IMG/VR virus record: IMGVR_UViG_2917403263_000004 | Span: 1-37,272 of that record | Length of the DNA: 37,272 nt | Reading direction: 5' to 3' (one strand) | Origin: a virus | Taxonomy: Duplodnaviria; Heunggongvirae; Uroviricota; Caudoviricetes | Shown: in pieces, positions 26,739-34,860 of the stretch | Layout of the letters: each line of letters starts with the position of its first letter | How positions within the stretch are numbered: position 1 is the first letter of the stretch | Notes under the pieces: generated by a model | Database searches by the model: none | What the model was told of the DNA's origin: nothing | Seen by the model: only the letters and a program-made list of their open reading frames with translations | Program-made: the position numbers and the translations under genes

Positions 26739-26846
26739 TTTCCACTGGTCAGGCTACCCCGCAGCAGGTCTGCTTTGCGGCGGGCGCGTTCAGTGGTTTC
26801 ACTGATTCTCTGTGCGTGCTCTGCGTCACGGATGGCGCGCAGCATG

Positions 26847-29326
26847 TCAGAAAGCACGGTAACAGGGGTTTTCATGGTGTTCTGGTCCTGCTGAAGTGTG
26901 GATGCCAGGCGTGCGGCGGCTTCGGGGTCTCGATGCCCCCAGCTGTTCCAGATAGCTGGCGACCGGGTTATGGCGGATCTCCGTGCTGCTTACGCCGTGA
27001 TTACGGCTCAGGCGCTGCCAGAGCTGCGTGATTCGGCTGTCCGGGCGGGTATCCGGTTTGCGTACAATTTCAAATCCCTGCGGTGCAATGATGCTGCCGT
27101 CAACGTACAGACTGCCGCCCCGTAACAGGTGCTGCATCTGCTGTTCACCGATATGCAGGCCGAGAGATTCAGCAGACTCCCGCCATTCTTTAGCGAGTAA
27201 CTCATGGTTATCAGGCAAAGGCCACGGTGTTGGCCGTTCTTTCGGCTGTTCTGTCCCGTTGTTGTCCGTTTCCTGTACATGGGGACAGTTATTGCCACGA
27301 GTCCAAGGGGCGGCAGGGCCGCCCTGAAGGTCAAAACCATTTTCGCGGGCGCTGTCTTCCGCTTCCGGTTTACGTCTTACCAGCTTCCAGTTATCCGGGT
27401 GCGTGCACACGCGGGAAGATTCCCCGATGAGCGGCGACCAGATCCCGTAAATCTGTACACTCTGCTCGCCGTAATCGTTCAGCTCATCTGCGAGGTCGTA
27501 GGCGGTGCGAATCAGGTAGTCTTTACGTGGAACAAGTACGCCGCCCTGTTTTTCAATGTAGGAGGCAAAACACCCGGCATCGGCGGCAGCGAGTACCGCA
27601 TCCATTGCGTCATCCTTCAGCCGTTGCGGGCCTTCCGGGTTGCGTGCCATCTGGCTGGCAAGGCGGCGCAGTTCACGCCATACCTGACGGGAGGGGATGC
27701 CAAAGAACTGGAACTGGCGGACCCGATGAAGGCGCGCCCAGCCGATGGCGCGCTCCACGCTCTCGGCCATTGATTTTCCGGTTTCGTGGTCAACGCGTGG
27801 TTTGCCCGTTTTCGGATCGATTCCATCCACGGCGCGGCTGTCCAGGTTTTTTCCGATGTAGGTGGCGATGTAGCTGGTTGGCGTGCCTTTGGAGCCGTCG
27901 ACGTACTCCACCTTAAAGCGCGGAGTAATATCATTGCCCAGCTCGTGGCGGTCTTCCTGAATGGCAATATCGCGGGTGATGGCCACGATGCTGTCGATTT
28001 CTTCCGGATGAGCAAAGACCATCATATGCCAGTGCACGGTGCCGTCATGGTGAGGCTCCACCGTGCGGATGCCATACCAGCGCAGGCCGTCGCGGTTCAG
28101 TTTTTGCGGACCGCCGCAAAAAACGTGTTAACCAGGTAATCGCTGGAGTCGCGCATGGTGGCCCCGTTCCATTTGGGATTCGGATGACCGTTCTCTGTTG
28201 TGGCGTGGTATTTTGACGGGCAGGTGACAGTCAGAAACACCGCTTTGTCGCCACGGGCTTCGGCCAGAAGTTCCAGTCCCTTCATGGTGGCCATCATTTC
28301 TGCCTTACGGTGAACCGGGTTACTTACTCCCGCGTAATACACTGTCTCGAGATCAATCGTGAAGCCGTCTTCGTTTTCCAGTTCGAAGCTCTTCAGGAAG
28401 TCGCGGGTTTTCTCGCGCTGTGCGCGAAACTCGCTTAACGCGTCCTGGCTCAGATAGGGTGATGTTTTTCTGGAAACCAGACAGGCGGCGCGGAGTTGTT
28501 CTTCTCTCCACTCGCAACGTAACAGCCACAGTTTGCGTTTCCACCAGTCCGCACAGGTCAGGCGGAGGATTGCGCCCGGCAGCAGTTCCGTATCCGGATC
28601 GCTCTTGTTCAGGGCTTCGTAATGTGGCGGCATGATGTGCAGGCGTAATGCGATACGAGCCAGCATCCGGTAAGCCTTCAACATTACATCCATGGTCAGC
28701 TCGCCATCTCTGGCACCAAAGCCATCGCAGAGTGTTTCGAAGGTGCTGCTGAACATCGCCGCGGTCATGGTGGCCAGCGTCTGTATCTGGTGCTTGTTGA
28801 GCTGCGGCAGGTAAAGCAAATCGTCCAGGCGTTCGCGCCCGGCAAGGGAGCGATAACCCGGTGTCAGCCAGCGTCCGTCAGTGCGATCCAGACGTTCGAA
28901 TATTTTGCGCAGGGTTCCGCGTGCATAGCGTTCCGCCTGCCAGCTCTTTTTGCCTTTCTGGCGATCGGCTTCCTGTTTTTTGCGCAGGAAGGAGAGGTGG
29001 CGAATAAGCGGATCGCGCAGATAGGACGGCAGCAGGCGCAGCGAGGCCATGGCTTCATCCACCGCGCCGCGTGCCTGCTTTCTGGCGTCTCCTGCCAGTG
29101 TGATGGTTTTGTCCTGTTTTTCCTGTGCGTCCAGGCTTTTATTAATCAGGTTGCCCAGCGGCGTGGCGGAGAACGCCGCATCAGCCATTTCCTGGCGGCG
29201 CTCGTTCTCTACCCGGTAGGCATCCAGCCAGGAGGAAAGCGCGGATTCAGGAGCGGGGATCCCCGTTCCTTCACGCCCCACTGCGTGGCGCGGTTGTTGC
29301 CAGTCCCTGATGTACTCTGCCGTCAT
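26847..29326 (-). pseudogene. Replication initiation protein gpA (rolling-circle HUH endonuclease), split by a 1-nt frameshift
   Basis: Two track ORFs (28097..29326 and 26847..28061) in different frames. The C-terminal part carries HUH and catalytic-Tyr motifs (GTVHWHMMVFAHPEE, YIATYIGK). The frames join if one A is added to the minus-strand A5 run (plus T5 at 28101..28105): ...FFAAVRKK-LNRDGLRWYGIRTVEPHHDG. Confidence 0.7.
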
Positions 29327-29332
29327 AGTGAT

Positions 29333-29698
29333 TTACTTCGTCATGCCATTCAGGGTGTCGCGGCAGACTGTAGCCAGCCGCTGAATTTCCAGCACGGTGT
29401 CTTCTGTGTCGGCATGGCGATGTGTGATGCGGATGCTGTCGGCAATCACATCGACGATTGCAGAGGATGGGTGCTGGTAAATGCCAATAACGGACGGGGT
29501 GCCACCTTCAATGCGGTAAAGCCTGTAATTTCCCTCGTGGCTGTCAATCATGTAGCGACCATCAATAACAATCTTTCCATCAGCGAGCTGCGGTACAGGC
29601 AGGGATTTCAGGTACATGTCATAACGATCACGCACGCGAGCGGCAAGATCACGTTCTGTGTTGAGCAGGTATTCAAGAAAGTCGTTGGCGAGAATCAT
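29333..29698 (-). CDS. Hypothetical early protein (121 aa)
   Basis: ORF ending 7 nt before the gpA start. Confidence 0.45.
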   Translation of the reverse strand: MILANDFLEYLLNTERDLAARVRDRYDMYLKSLPVPQLADGKIVIDGRYMIDSHEGNYRLYRIEGGTPSVIGIYQHPSSAIVDVIADSIRITHRHADTEDTVLEIQRLATVCRDTLNGMTK

Positions 29699-29770
29699 TG
29701 CGGCAATCCTCTTGTTACAGATGTGCGAAGGCCTCCCGCCGCAAGGTGCAGGAAAGGCCCGGAACAGTAA

Positions 29771-30001
29771 TTAATGGAGTTTGTTTTGCTGCTGGATGAG
29801 CTGCTGAAGCTCGCGCAGATCATCCGCCAGATAGCTGAAAACAGAGGCGGAATAGCTGTTCGATAGTGCGTGACTGCGCTCATGCAGCATATTGATGTGC
29901 ATGATTTGCGCGACGCGTGATGCGCGGAAAAGTCTGCGGTTGATTTCAGTCTGGATGTGACGACGCTCCGCGATAGCGCGGTGCTGTTTGCGGTTTGCCA
30001 T
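29771..30001 (-). CDS. Hypothetical small basic protein (76 aa)
   Basis: First ORF after the iteron-rich non-coding region. Arg-rich N-terminus. Confidence 0.45.
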   Translation of the reverse strand: MANRKQHRAIAERRHIQTEINRRLFRASRVAQIMHINMLHERSHALSNSYSASVFSYLADDLRELQQLIQQQNKLH

Positions 30002-30011
30002 GGTGTGGCCT

Positions 30012-30235
30012 CTGTAGTTGCAAGTTTTGAAAACTCACCATCCAGAGGTTGCAATTCTGGGTGGTGAGGCGTACGGGGTTGCAACCACCGGCAACTACAG
30101 AAACCGGCCCGACCGAAGTCGGCCCCATACGCCCCACCATAATTCGTGTGCGAAAAAGACGTGGCGATACGGTACGCACAAAAAAACCGCTGGCGCGGTT
30201 GTGCGCTGTAGTTGTCAGCGGGGGTTGCAATCCCG
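30012..30235. repeat. Cluster of short repeats (CTGTAGTTG and GGTTGCAA motifs) in a 320-bp non-coding region
   Basis: CTGTAGTTG at 30012 and 30206, with the inverse GCAACTACAG at 30091..30100. GGTTGCAA at 30047, 30077 (perfect palindrome GGTTGCAACC) and 30222. Confidence 0.5.
30181..30200 (-). terminator. Putative terminator after the upstream early genes
   Basis: On the minus strand, ACCGCGCCAGCGGT hairpin followed by T7, nested inside an outer CGCACA/TGTGCG inverted repeat. Confidence 0.4.
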
Positions 30236-30321
30236 ACACCCGTTTTATGAGGTGCAGCGGAAATGTAACCTGACTGATTGCGGCATGGCAAGCGGTTTTT
30301 TTGTGTGTGCATGATGATTAC

Positions 30322-30882
30322 TCAGTTTGGTAATAGCTCGTACAGCACGGCGTCGGCGGCGGTGCGGCGACCGTAAAGAAAACGTGCTGTGCGAGTGGTG
30401 ACTTTTATTTGCAGTGTGTGATTAATGTGTTTTGCTATCATGGCGAACGTCATGTGTTGCTCATCATGTAGTTCAGTCACCAGTTCCACCAGGTGATCGC
30501 TGTATCTGGTCAGGTGGTGGAGTTCTCCACATTTTCGCAGGCTGTAACCACGTTTTTTCAGGTGCACTTGTACTGTGCGACGGGTGCATCCCATCTCGGT
30601 GGCCAGTTCCTTCGCCGTTCTGGTGCGGCGGTTTTCGATGAGAAAGGCGATCTCCTTTGCACTCAGTGTCTTTTTTTTGCGACCAATCAATCCACGGCCA
30701 CGTAAAAAACTAAGTCGGTGCATAACGGCGTCATGGGTTCGTTGAATTCGTTCAGTTATCTGGCGCGTGTTGTGCTCCGGATAAAGCGAGATAAGCATTT
30801 CATCTTCCCATTGTGCCCATGGCTTTACATGTGCCGGAGCCACGCCTGGTGTACCCATTGGTTTGAGTTTGAATTTGTGCAT
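30322..30882 (-). CDS. Putative HTH DNA-binding protein (186 aa)
   Basis: C-terminal half has a helix-turn-helix-like segment (TAKELATEMGCTRRTVQVHLKKRGYS). No family assigned. Confidence 0.5.
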   Translation of the reverse strand: MHKFKLKPMGTPGVAPAHVKPWAQWEDEMLISLYPEHNTRQITERIQRTHDAVMHRLSFLRGRGLIGRKKKTLSAKEIAFLIENRRTRTAKELATEMGCTRRTVQVHLKKRGYSLRKCGELHHLTRYSDHLVELVTELHDEQHMTFAMIAKHINHTLQIKVTTRTARFLYGRRTAADAVLYELLPN

Positions 30883-30909
30883 ATTTCTTACCCCGTTAGT
30901 GGTGGTGCT

Positions 30910-31056
30910 TTACACGGCGTATAAACCGCGGCGGTGGCACCACACTTCAAACATTCGTTTCACAATTTCGCGGCAGTAGTAACCATCGGTATCTCTCGTC
31001 AGGTCGTAGCGGTTGCCGTAACGCTGACGCATCCATCGTTCAAAGGCTTTGTGCAT
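30910..31056 (-). CDS. Small ORF (48 aa)
   Basis: Manual translation MHKAFERWMRQRYGNRYDLTRDTDGYYCREIVKRMFEVWCHRRGLYAV. AAGGGA 8 nt upstream. Fills the gap between two flanking genes. Not in the track. Confidence 0.3.
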   Translation of the reverse strand: MHKAFERWMRQRYGNRYDLTRDTDGYYCREIVKRMFEVWCHRRGLYAV

Positions 31057-31067
31057 GTTCTGGTCCC

Positions 31068-31268
31068 TTACTGGTTAAGGAAAAAGTCAAAAACGTTATC
31101 AATGCGCATCATGAGTTCGCGCTGCATCGCTTCTGGTGTTTCCGGTTCGCCAGGCGACCCCAGCGTTGCGCAGAAATCAGCGATCTCGTGTTGAATGAGT
31201 TCTTTCAGCGTCGGTAAGGAATTCATGTGTGTGCGGCGATGCCTGCGTGTGATTCGCCTTCTGCTCAT
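31068..31268 (-). CDS. Hypothetical small protein (66 aa)
   Basis: ORF with ATGA overlap to the upstream gene. Arg-rich N-terminus. Confidence 0.4.
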   Translation of the reverse strand: MSRRRITRRHRRTHMNSLPTLKELIQHEIADFCATLGSPGEPETPEAMQRELMMRIDNVFDFFLNQ

Positions 31269-31468
31269 TTGCGCTGCTCCTGTACCTGTCGGATAAGGTT
31301 TACCCGCGCCACATTAGTGGCGCAGAAGTAAGTGCCGTCAGTGAGGTAGATGTGGTGTGCATCCTTTTCCGAGCGATGTTTGTCGATAGTGGTAATCAGG
31401 CGTTCATCGACCTCGTATTCGCGCCCTCTGGAGGTAAAGCGAACGACGGGAAAATGCTTAATTGCCAT
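31265..31468 (-). CDS. Hypothetical small protein (67 aa)
   Basis: ORF in the early operon array. Confidence 0.4.
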   Translation of the reverse strand: MAIKHFPVVRFTSRGREYEVDERLITTIDKHRSEKDAHHIYLTDGTYFCATNVARVNLIRQVQEQRK

Positions 31469-31492
31469 TGCGCCCCCTTTTGTCCAGTAACC

Positions 31493-31903
31493 CTATGCGT
31501 TAAATACGGCACGTTGCGCGTCATCAATGAATACAGCTTGAGAGCGTTCTATCAGGCGGAGATTTGTCAGAAGCTCTGATTCCCTTATGGGGTGAGGAGT
31601 GATCAGGTATTTATCCTGTAATTCGGCGATAATGGTGTATCGCTGTAGCTCCGAGCCAATTGTGTAAATAAGGCGTCCGATGTTCGATAAATCCAGCCCG
31701 GCGACTGGTTGTGCTTTGAGAACCGCCAGTTCAGCACCCTGTTTTGCGATAATTTCGGCTGCTTCTGCCGTTACTCTTGCGACTATCAATGTGTGGGTTG
31801 CGACGTCCATGTGAGCATTGGCCACGGCTTTTTTCGCTACTTCGTTTTCTGTCTTTGAAATTTCTTTCAGTGCTCTGATAATACCTTCTTCTTTTGCGTG
31901 CAT
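31493..31903 (-). CDS. Hypothetical early protein (136 aa)
   Basis: ORF with ACGGAG RBS. Predicted helical. No family assigned. Confidence 0.45.
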   Translation of the reverse strand: MHAKEEGIIRALKEISKTENEVAKKAVANAHMDVATHTLIVARVTAEAAEIIAKQGAELAVLKAQPVAGLDLSNIGRLIYTIGSELQRYTIIAELQDKYLITPHPIRESELLTNLRLIERSQAVFIDDAQRAVFNA

Positions 31904-31997
31904 TTTTGTATCTCCGTTATTTACTTGTGCGAATACCTCCGCGAATGCGGATGGTTTTTACGTTTTTCTTATTTAATCTGGTGTTTTGTTTGTGCTG

Positions 31998-32099
31998 TTA
32001 CTTCCCAGTGAAAAAACGCTCAATCTTTTTCACTGAATGAATAATTCGCATAATGCCGATTGCGCAAAGCACCGAAATAATCAGGACAAGCCAGGACAT
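31998..32099 (-). CDS. Small hydrophobic peptide (33 aa)
   Basis: Manual translation MSWLVLIISVLCAIGIMRIIHSVKKIERFFTGK: one transmembrane-like helix plus a basic tail. Starts 8 nt after the upstream gene stop. Weak RBS. Confidence 0.3.
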   Translation of the reverse strand: MSWLVLIISVLCAIGIMRIIHSVKKIERFFTGK

Positions 32100-32107
32100 A
32101 AATATAC

Positions 32108-32350
32108 TCATGCAATATTCCCCAGTTTATACGGTTCAATATGCTCTCCGCATTCTGCGGCGCAGATAAGCTCTGAAAGCTCATTGAGCGCATCCAGATC
32201 ATCAGCGTAAAAAGCCACGTCATACAGACTCCGGATTGCCCTGGTCAATGAGTCACGGGCTGCACGTTCAGCATGAGCGCCTGATGCACTTAAGCGAAAA
32301 TAAAAACGCTCAAGTGCTTTGTTAATGAGAGTTTTATATTCTTTGCCCAT
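32108..32350 (-). CDS. Hypothetical protein (80 aa)
   Basis: ORF in the early operon. Confidence 0.4.
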   Translation of the reverse strand: MGKEYKTLINKALERFYFRLSASGAHAERAARDSLTRAIRSLYDVAFYADDLDALNELSELICAAECGEHIEPYKLGNIA

Positions 32351-32361
32351 CGCAACGCCTT

Positions 32362-32640
32362 TTAATCTGCTTTCTGGGTTTCTGCTTTTGAATCCATGCA
32401 GATAATTTCGATGTATGGTTCATCGCTATTAATCTGACGTGCCTTTTCAGCTTCGCTAATGACTTCGCGTACAGTCTGGTACGGAAGCTCCACGAACAGT
32501 TGTGCGCCGCTGTCCAAATAAATATGAGTGGTTGCGTTTTTTGTCTGGGCCACACCATTAATAGCTGATGCACGCAATAACAGTTCACCGCGAGAATCAA
32601 TAAAGCGGATAAATACACCTTGAGTATGGTCTTTAGTCAT
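32362..32640 (-). CDS. Hypothetical protein (about 92 aa)
   Basis: Start set at internal ATG 32640, 8 nt after the upstream stop; the track ORF extends to 32700. Confidence 0.4.
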   Translation of the reverse strand: MTKDHTQGVFIRFIDSRGELLLRASAINGVAQTKNATTHIYLDSGAQLFVELPYQTVREVISEAEKARQINSDEPYIEIICMDSKAETQKAD

Positions 32641-32650
32641 AAAGCACCTG

Positions 32651-33001
32651 TTATAAATCAGCCTGTTTAATAAAACTCTGTCCACGCAGCAGACGATCAA
32701 CCGTGCGAAGCGCTTCGTATAATGTGAAATCCTGCCCGAACTGATTGTCGCCGCTGCTCAGAGCAAAAATGCGGTTTCCGGTAAACGGATTGCGCGGGCA
32801 TTTGTGGACCACGATTCCAGCCTTCTCAATCAGCCAGGTGTGCTCTCCGATTTGTTTTACAGCGTGGTCATCCGGTGTTGCGTGTGTTTCGCTCAGGCTG
32901 TAGCGAGAGCTGCTGCGTGATGCACTGGTGGCGAAACGGTTAGCGTGGCGTTCCGCCCCGTTGCGGAAGCGTTGCTGTGAAAAATTACGTCGTTGCTTCA
33001 T
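32651..33001 (-). CDS. Hypothetical protein (about 116 aa)
   Basis: Start set at ATG 33001 (AGGAT RBS); the track ORF extends to 33049. Confidence 0.4.
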   Translation of the reverse strand: MKQRRNFSQQRFRNGAERHANRFATSASRSSSRYSLSETHATPDDHAVKQIGEHTWLIEKAGIVVHKCPRNPFTGNRIFALSSGDNQFGQDFTLYEALRTVDRLLRGQSFIKQADL

Positions 33002-33143
33002 ACAAAAATATCCTGCTGCTGTTGTTAGTTTGTGCCGGGTTTTAGCCATGCCCGGCGCATGGTTTTGTGGTATTTTTCCACCGCCCGCAGTCTTGAAGGG
33101 GCTGTAAAGGGCGCGTGTTCAACCAACCACAAAGGAATAAAAT

Positions 33144-33326
33144 ATGTCCTATGATAAAAAGGTTATTGATGCGCTAAATGCGGCAATTTCTGTATTAGAG
33201 AAAGCGCCGGTTAATCCTCCTAATAAAGGAGAGCCATCAAATACCATTCGTAAGCTTATGCACGAAGTGCGTAAGCTCACGTTGGAAAAATATCCTCAGG
33301 CAAGTACATGGACTTTCCCTGAGTGA
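33144..33326 (+). CDS. Hypothetical small protein (60 aa), opposite strand to the surrounding early genes
   Basis: AAGGA RBS 8 nt upstream of the ATG. Ends exactly where the convergent 154-aa minus-strand gene ends. Confidence 0.3.
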   Translation: MSYDKKVIDALNAAISVLEKAPVNPPNKGEPSNTIRKLMHEVRKLTLEKYPQASTWTFPE

Positions 33327-33791
33327 TTATTTAACTCCCGTGCCGGAGATTTTCTCTGGCACATTTCCGACCTCAATAACCATGTTGTCACTGCTTAAAA
33401 TTTGTCGATAAAGCTCAAAGATTTCTTTGGCGGGGAAACGGAGCGCAACGCCGTATATTGGTTCTAAAATCATTCCAATCGTTTCTTTGACACCATCTCG
33501 ACAAAAATGACCGTATTCATCATCAGGATGCAGGGTAACATTTTTCAAATCTTCGCCATTCTGAAGCTTTGATTTAAATGCCATCAGGTCAGCGAACGTT
33601 CTGTGTAATTCGTGGTAGTCAATGCTGATTTCAACCTGTGGTTTGCCCGGAAAAACCAGCAAAAGCTTCTGGTGTGGCTTTTCGTTTTTCAGGGTTTCCA
33701 GTCGTTCCAGTAGTGCTTTGTCTTCGTAGTTTGTCATTTCAAAGCCCCAGCCACAGCAATCATGCGTCTCGCTATTCTTTCGGGCGAGCAA
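33327..33791 (-). CDS. Hypothetical early protein (154 aa)
   Basis: Second gene of the early operon. No motif recognised. Confidence 0.45.
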   Translation of the reverse strand: MLARKNSETHDCCGWGFEMTNYEDKALLERLETLKNEKPHQKLLLVFPGKPQVEISIDYHELHRTFADLMAFKSKLQNGEDLKNVTLHPDDEYGHFCRDGVKETIGMILEPIYGVALRFPAKEIFELYRQILSSDNMVIEVGNVPEKISGTGVK

Positions 33792-33818
33792 AGAATACTT
33801 CGACGCTCTTGATGTTGT

Positions 33819-34346
33819 TTATGATAAATCGCTCTCGTGATCTCTGCGTTTTTCCAGTTTTGAACTTCTACCCATATAAACCCGTTTTCCGTTAACGGTC
33901 TGGCAATCTTCTTTGTCGACTGGGGCGAACTTTCTTTTCTGGCGGTCATACGTCCAGTAACTTTTCCAGTTGTGCCATTCTGGGGGTTCGCACTCTGGTA
34001 GCTCATCAGCCAACTTGTCCCACTCTTTGGCGTTAAACCACCATACGCCGTCTGAGTTTTCATCTTCTGGATTAGTGCGTGTTTTATGTCCTGGCATTTG
34101 TCCGCGAGCGACGGCAGTGCGAAGTGCCAGTTTTGTTAGCCCGACATACGCAGCGCCTTTTTCTAGGGAGCAAAGCCCGGCGATTGGTCCGTCCAGCCGC
34201 AAAGTTGCCCCCTTTTTGTAGGTGCGGCTTTGCTTGCTTTCCTGATGTTCATCATCGTTGGCGGCATCAGCGGAATCGCTAATACCGTCGCTTTTCTGGG
34301 GGTGTTGGGTGTCAGATAACTCTTTATCGGCAATGATGTCCCGCAT
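33819..34346 (-). CDS. Cox-like excisionase / early-promoter regulator with C-terminal extension
   Basis: First gene of the leftward early operon, divergent from C. HTH-like GAAYVGLTKLALRTAVARGQMPG followed by GVWWFNAKEWDKL, resembling P2 Cox (AVRRMIDKGKLP ... EYWVYLPAWNNGLK). 175 aa versus 91 aa for P2 Cox. Confidence 0.5.
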   Translation of the reverse strand: MRDIIADKELSDTQHPQKSDGISDSADAANDDEHQESKQSRTYKKGATLRLDGPIAGLCSLEKGAAYVGLTKLALRTAVARGQMPGHKTRTNPEDENSDGVWWFNAKEWDKLADELPECEPPEWHNWKSYWTYDRQKRKFAPVDKEDCQTVNGKRVYMGRSSKLEKRRDHESDLS

Positions 34347-34407
34347 TTGTTATCCTCTTGCGTTGGTGCGCTTGTCGCGCCTTATGAATGTTTGTTTGGG
34401 TTTGTTA

Positions 34408-34427
34408 ACTTCACCTTGTGGTGAAGT
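34408..34427. promoter_or_regulatory. Candidate operator in the C/cox divergent promoter region
   Basis: Perfect inverted repeat ACTTCACC-ttgt-GGTGAAGT in the 103-bp region between the cox-like start (34346) and the C start (34450). Confidence 0.45.
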
Positions 34428-34449
34428 GAGAATAGAGGATACTCATCGT

Positions 34450-34791
34450 ATGGTGAACATGTCAAGAGATTACGCCAAAAAACTAAAGGCAATCAGAAAC
34501 GCGGAAAAACTTACACAATCTCAGTTTTCGCAAGTAACAGGGGTTTCTGTAGGGACTATAGGAAATTATGAGTCTGGATATAAACCTGCGCGAATTGAGG
34601 TTGTAGAAAAAGTAATCCAAGTCGAGCGATTCGAAAAATACACTATGTGGATACTTCACGACAAAACATTTCCCGCTGCCGGGCAGGTTGCCCCGGCTCT
34701 CTCTCTTGATGGCTCTATTCAGTCGGAGGGCGATCAGGTTTCAATCGGCATTACCCAAAAATCACCCCGATCAGGCCGCAATGTTGGCTGA
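34450..34791 (+). CDS. Immunity repressor (P2 C-like)
   Basis: MVNMSRDYAKKLKAIRNAEKLTQSQFSQVTGVSVGTIGNYESG ... FEKYTMWILHDKTFPAAGQVAPALSLDG parallels P2 C (recalled: ...QQLADLTGVPYGTLSYYESG...FTKYTLWFMTNQIAPESGQIAPALAHFG). Start set at internal ATG 34450. Confidence 0.75.
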   Translation: MVNMSRDYAKKLKAIRNAEKLTQSQFSQVTGVSVGTIGNYESGYKPARIEVVEKVIQVERFEKYTMWILHDKTFPAAGQVAPALSLDGSIQSEGDQVSIGITQKSPRSGRNVG

Positions 34792-34860
34792 CTTTACACA
34801 TTGAGCGGATTACATCTCGCAAGGAGTATTTAGTTAATTTATCCGTTGGATGGGCTAATC

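Noticed and set aside
26672-26875. 67-aa minus-strand ORF between gpA and parM
   Set aside because: Overlaps the parC-like repeat array. A shorter version starting at ATG 26845 just after the gpA stop cannot be excluded, but coding across centromere iterons seems unlikely.
28790-29770. 326-aa plus-strand ORF overlapping gpA and the adjacent early gene
   Set aside because: Antisense to the replication gene.
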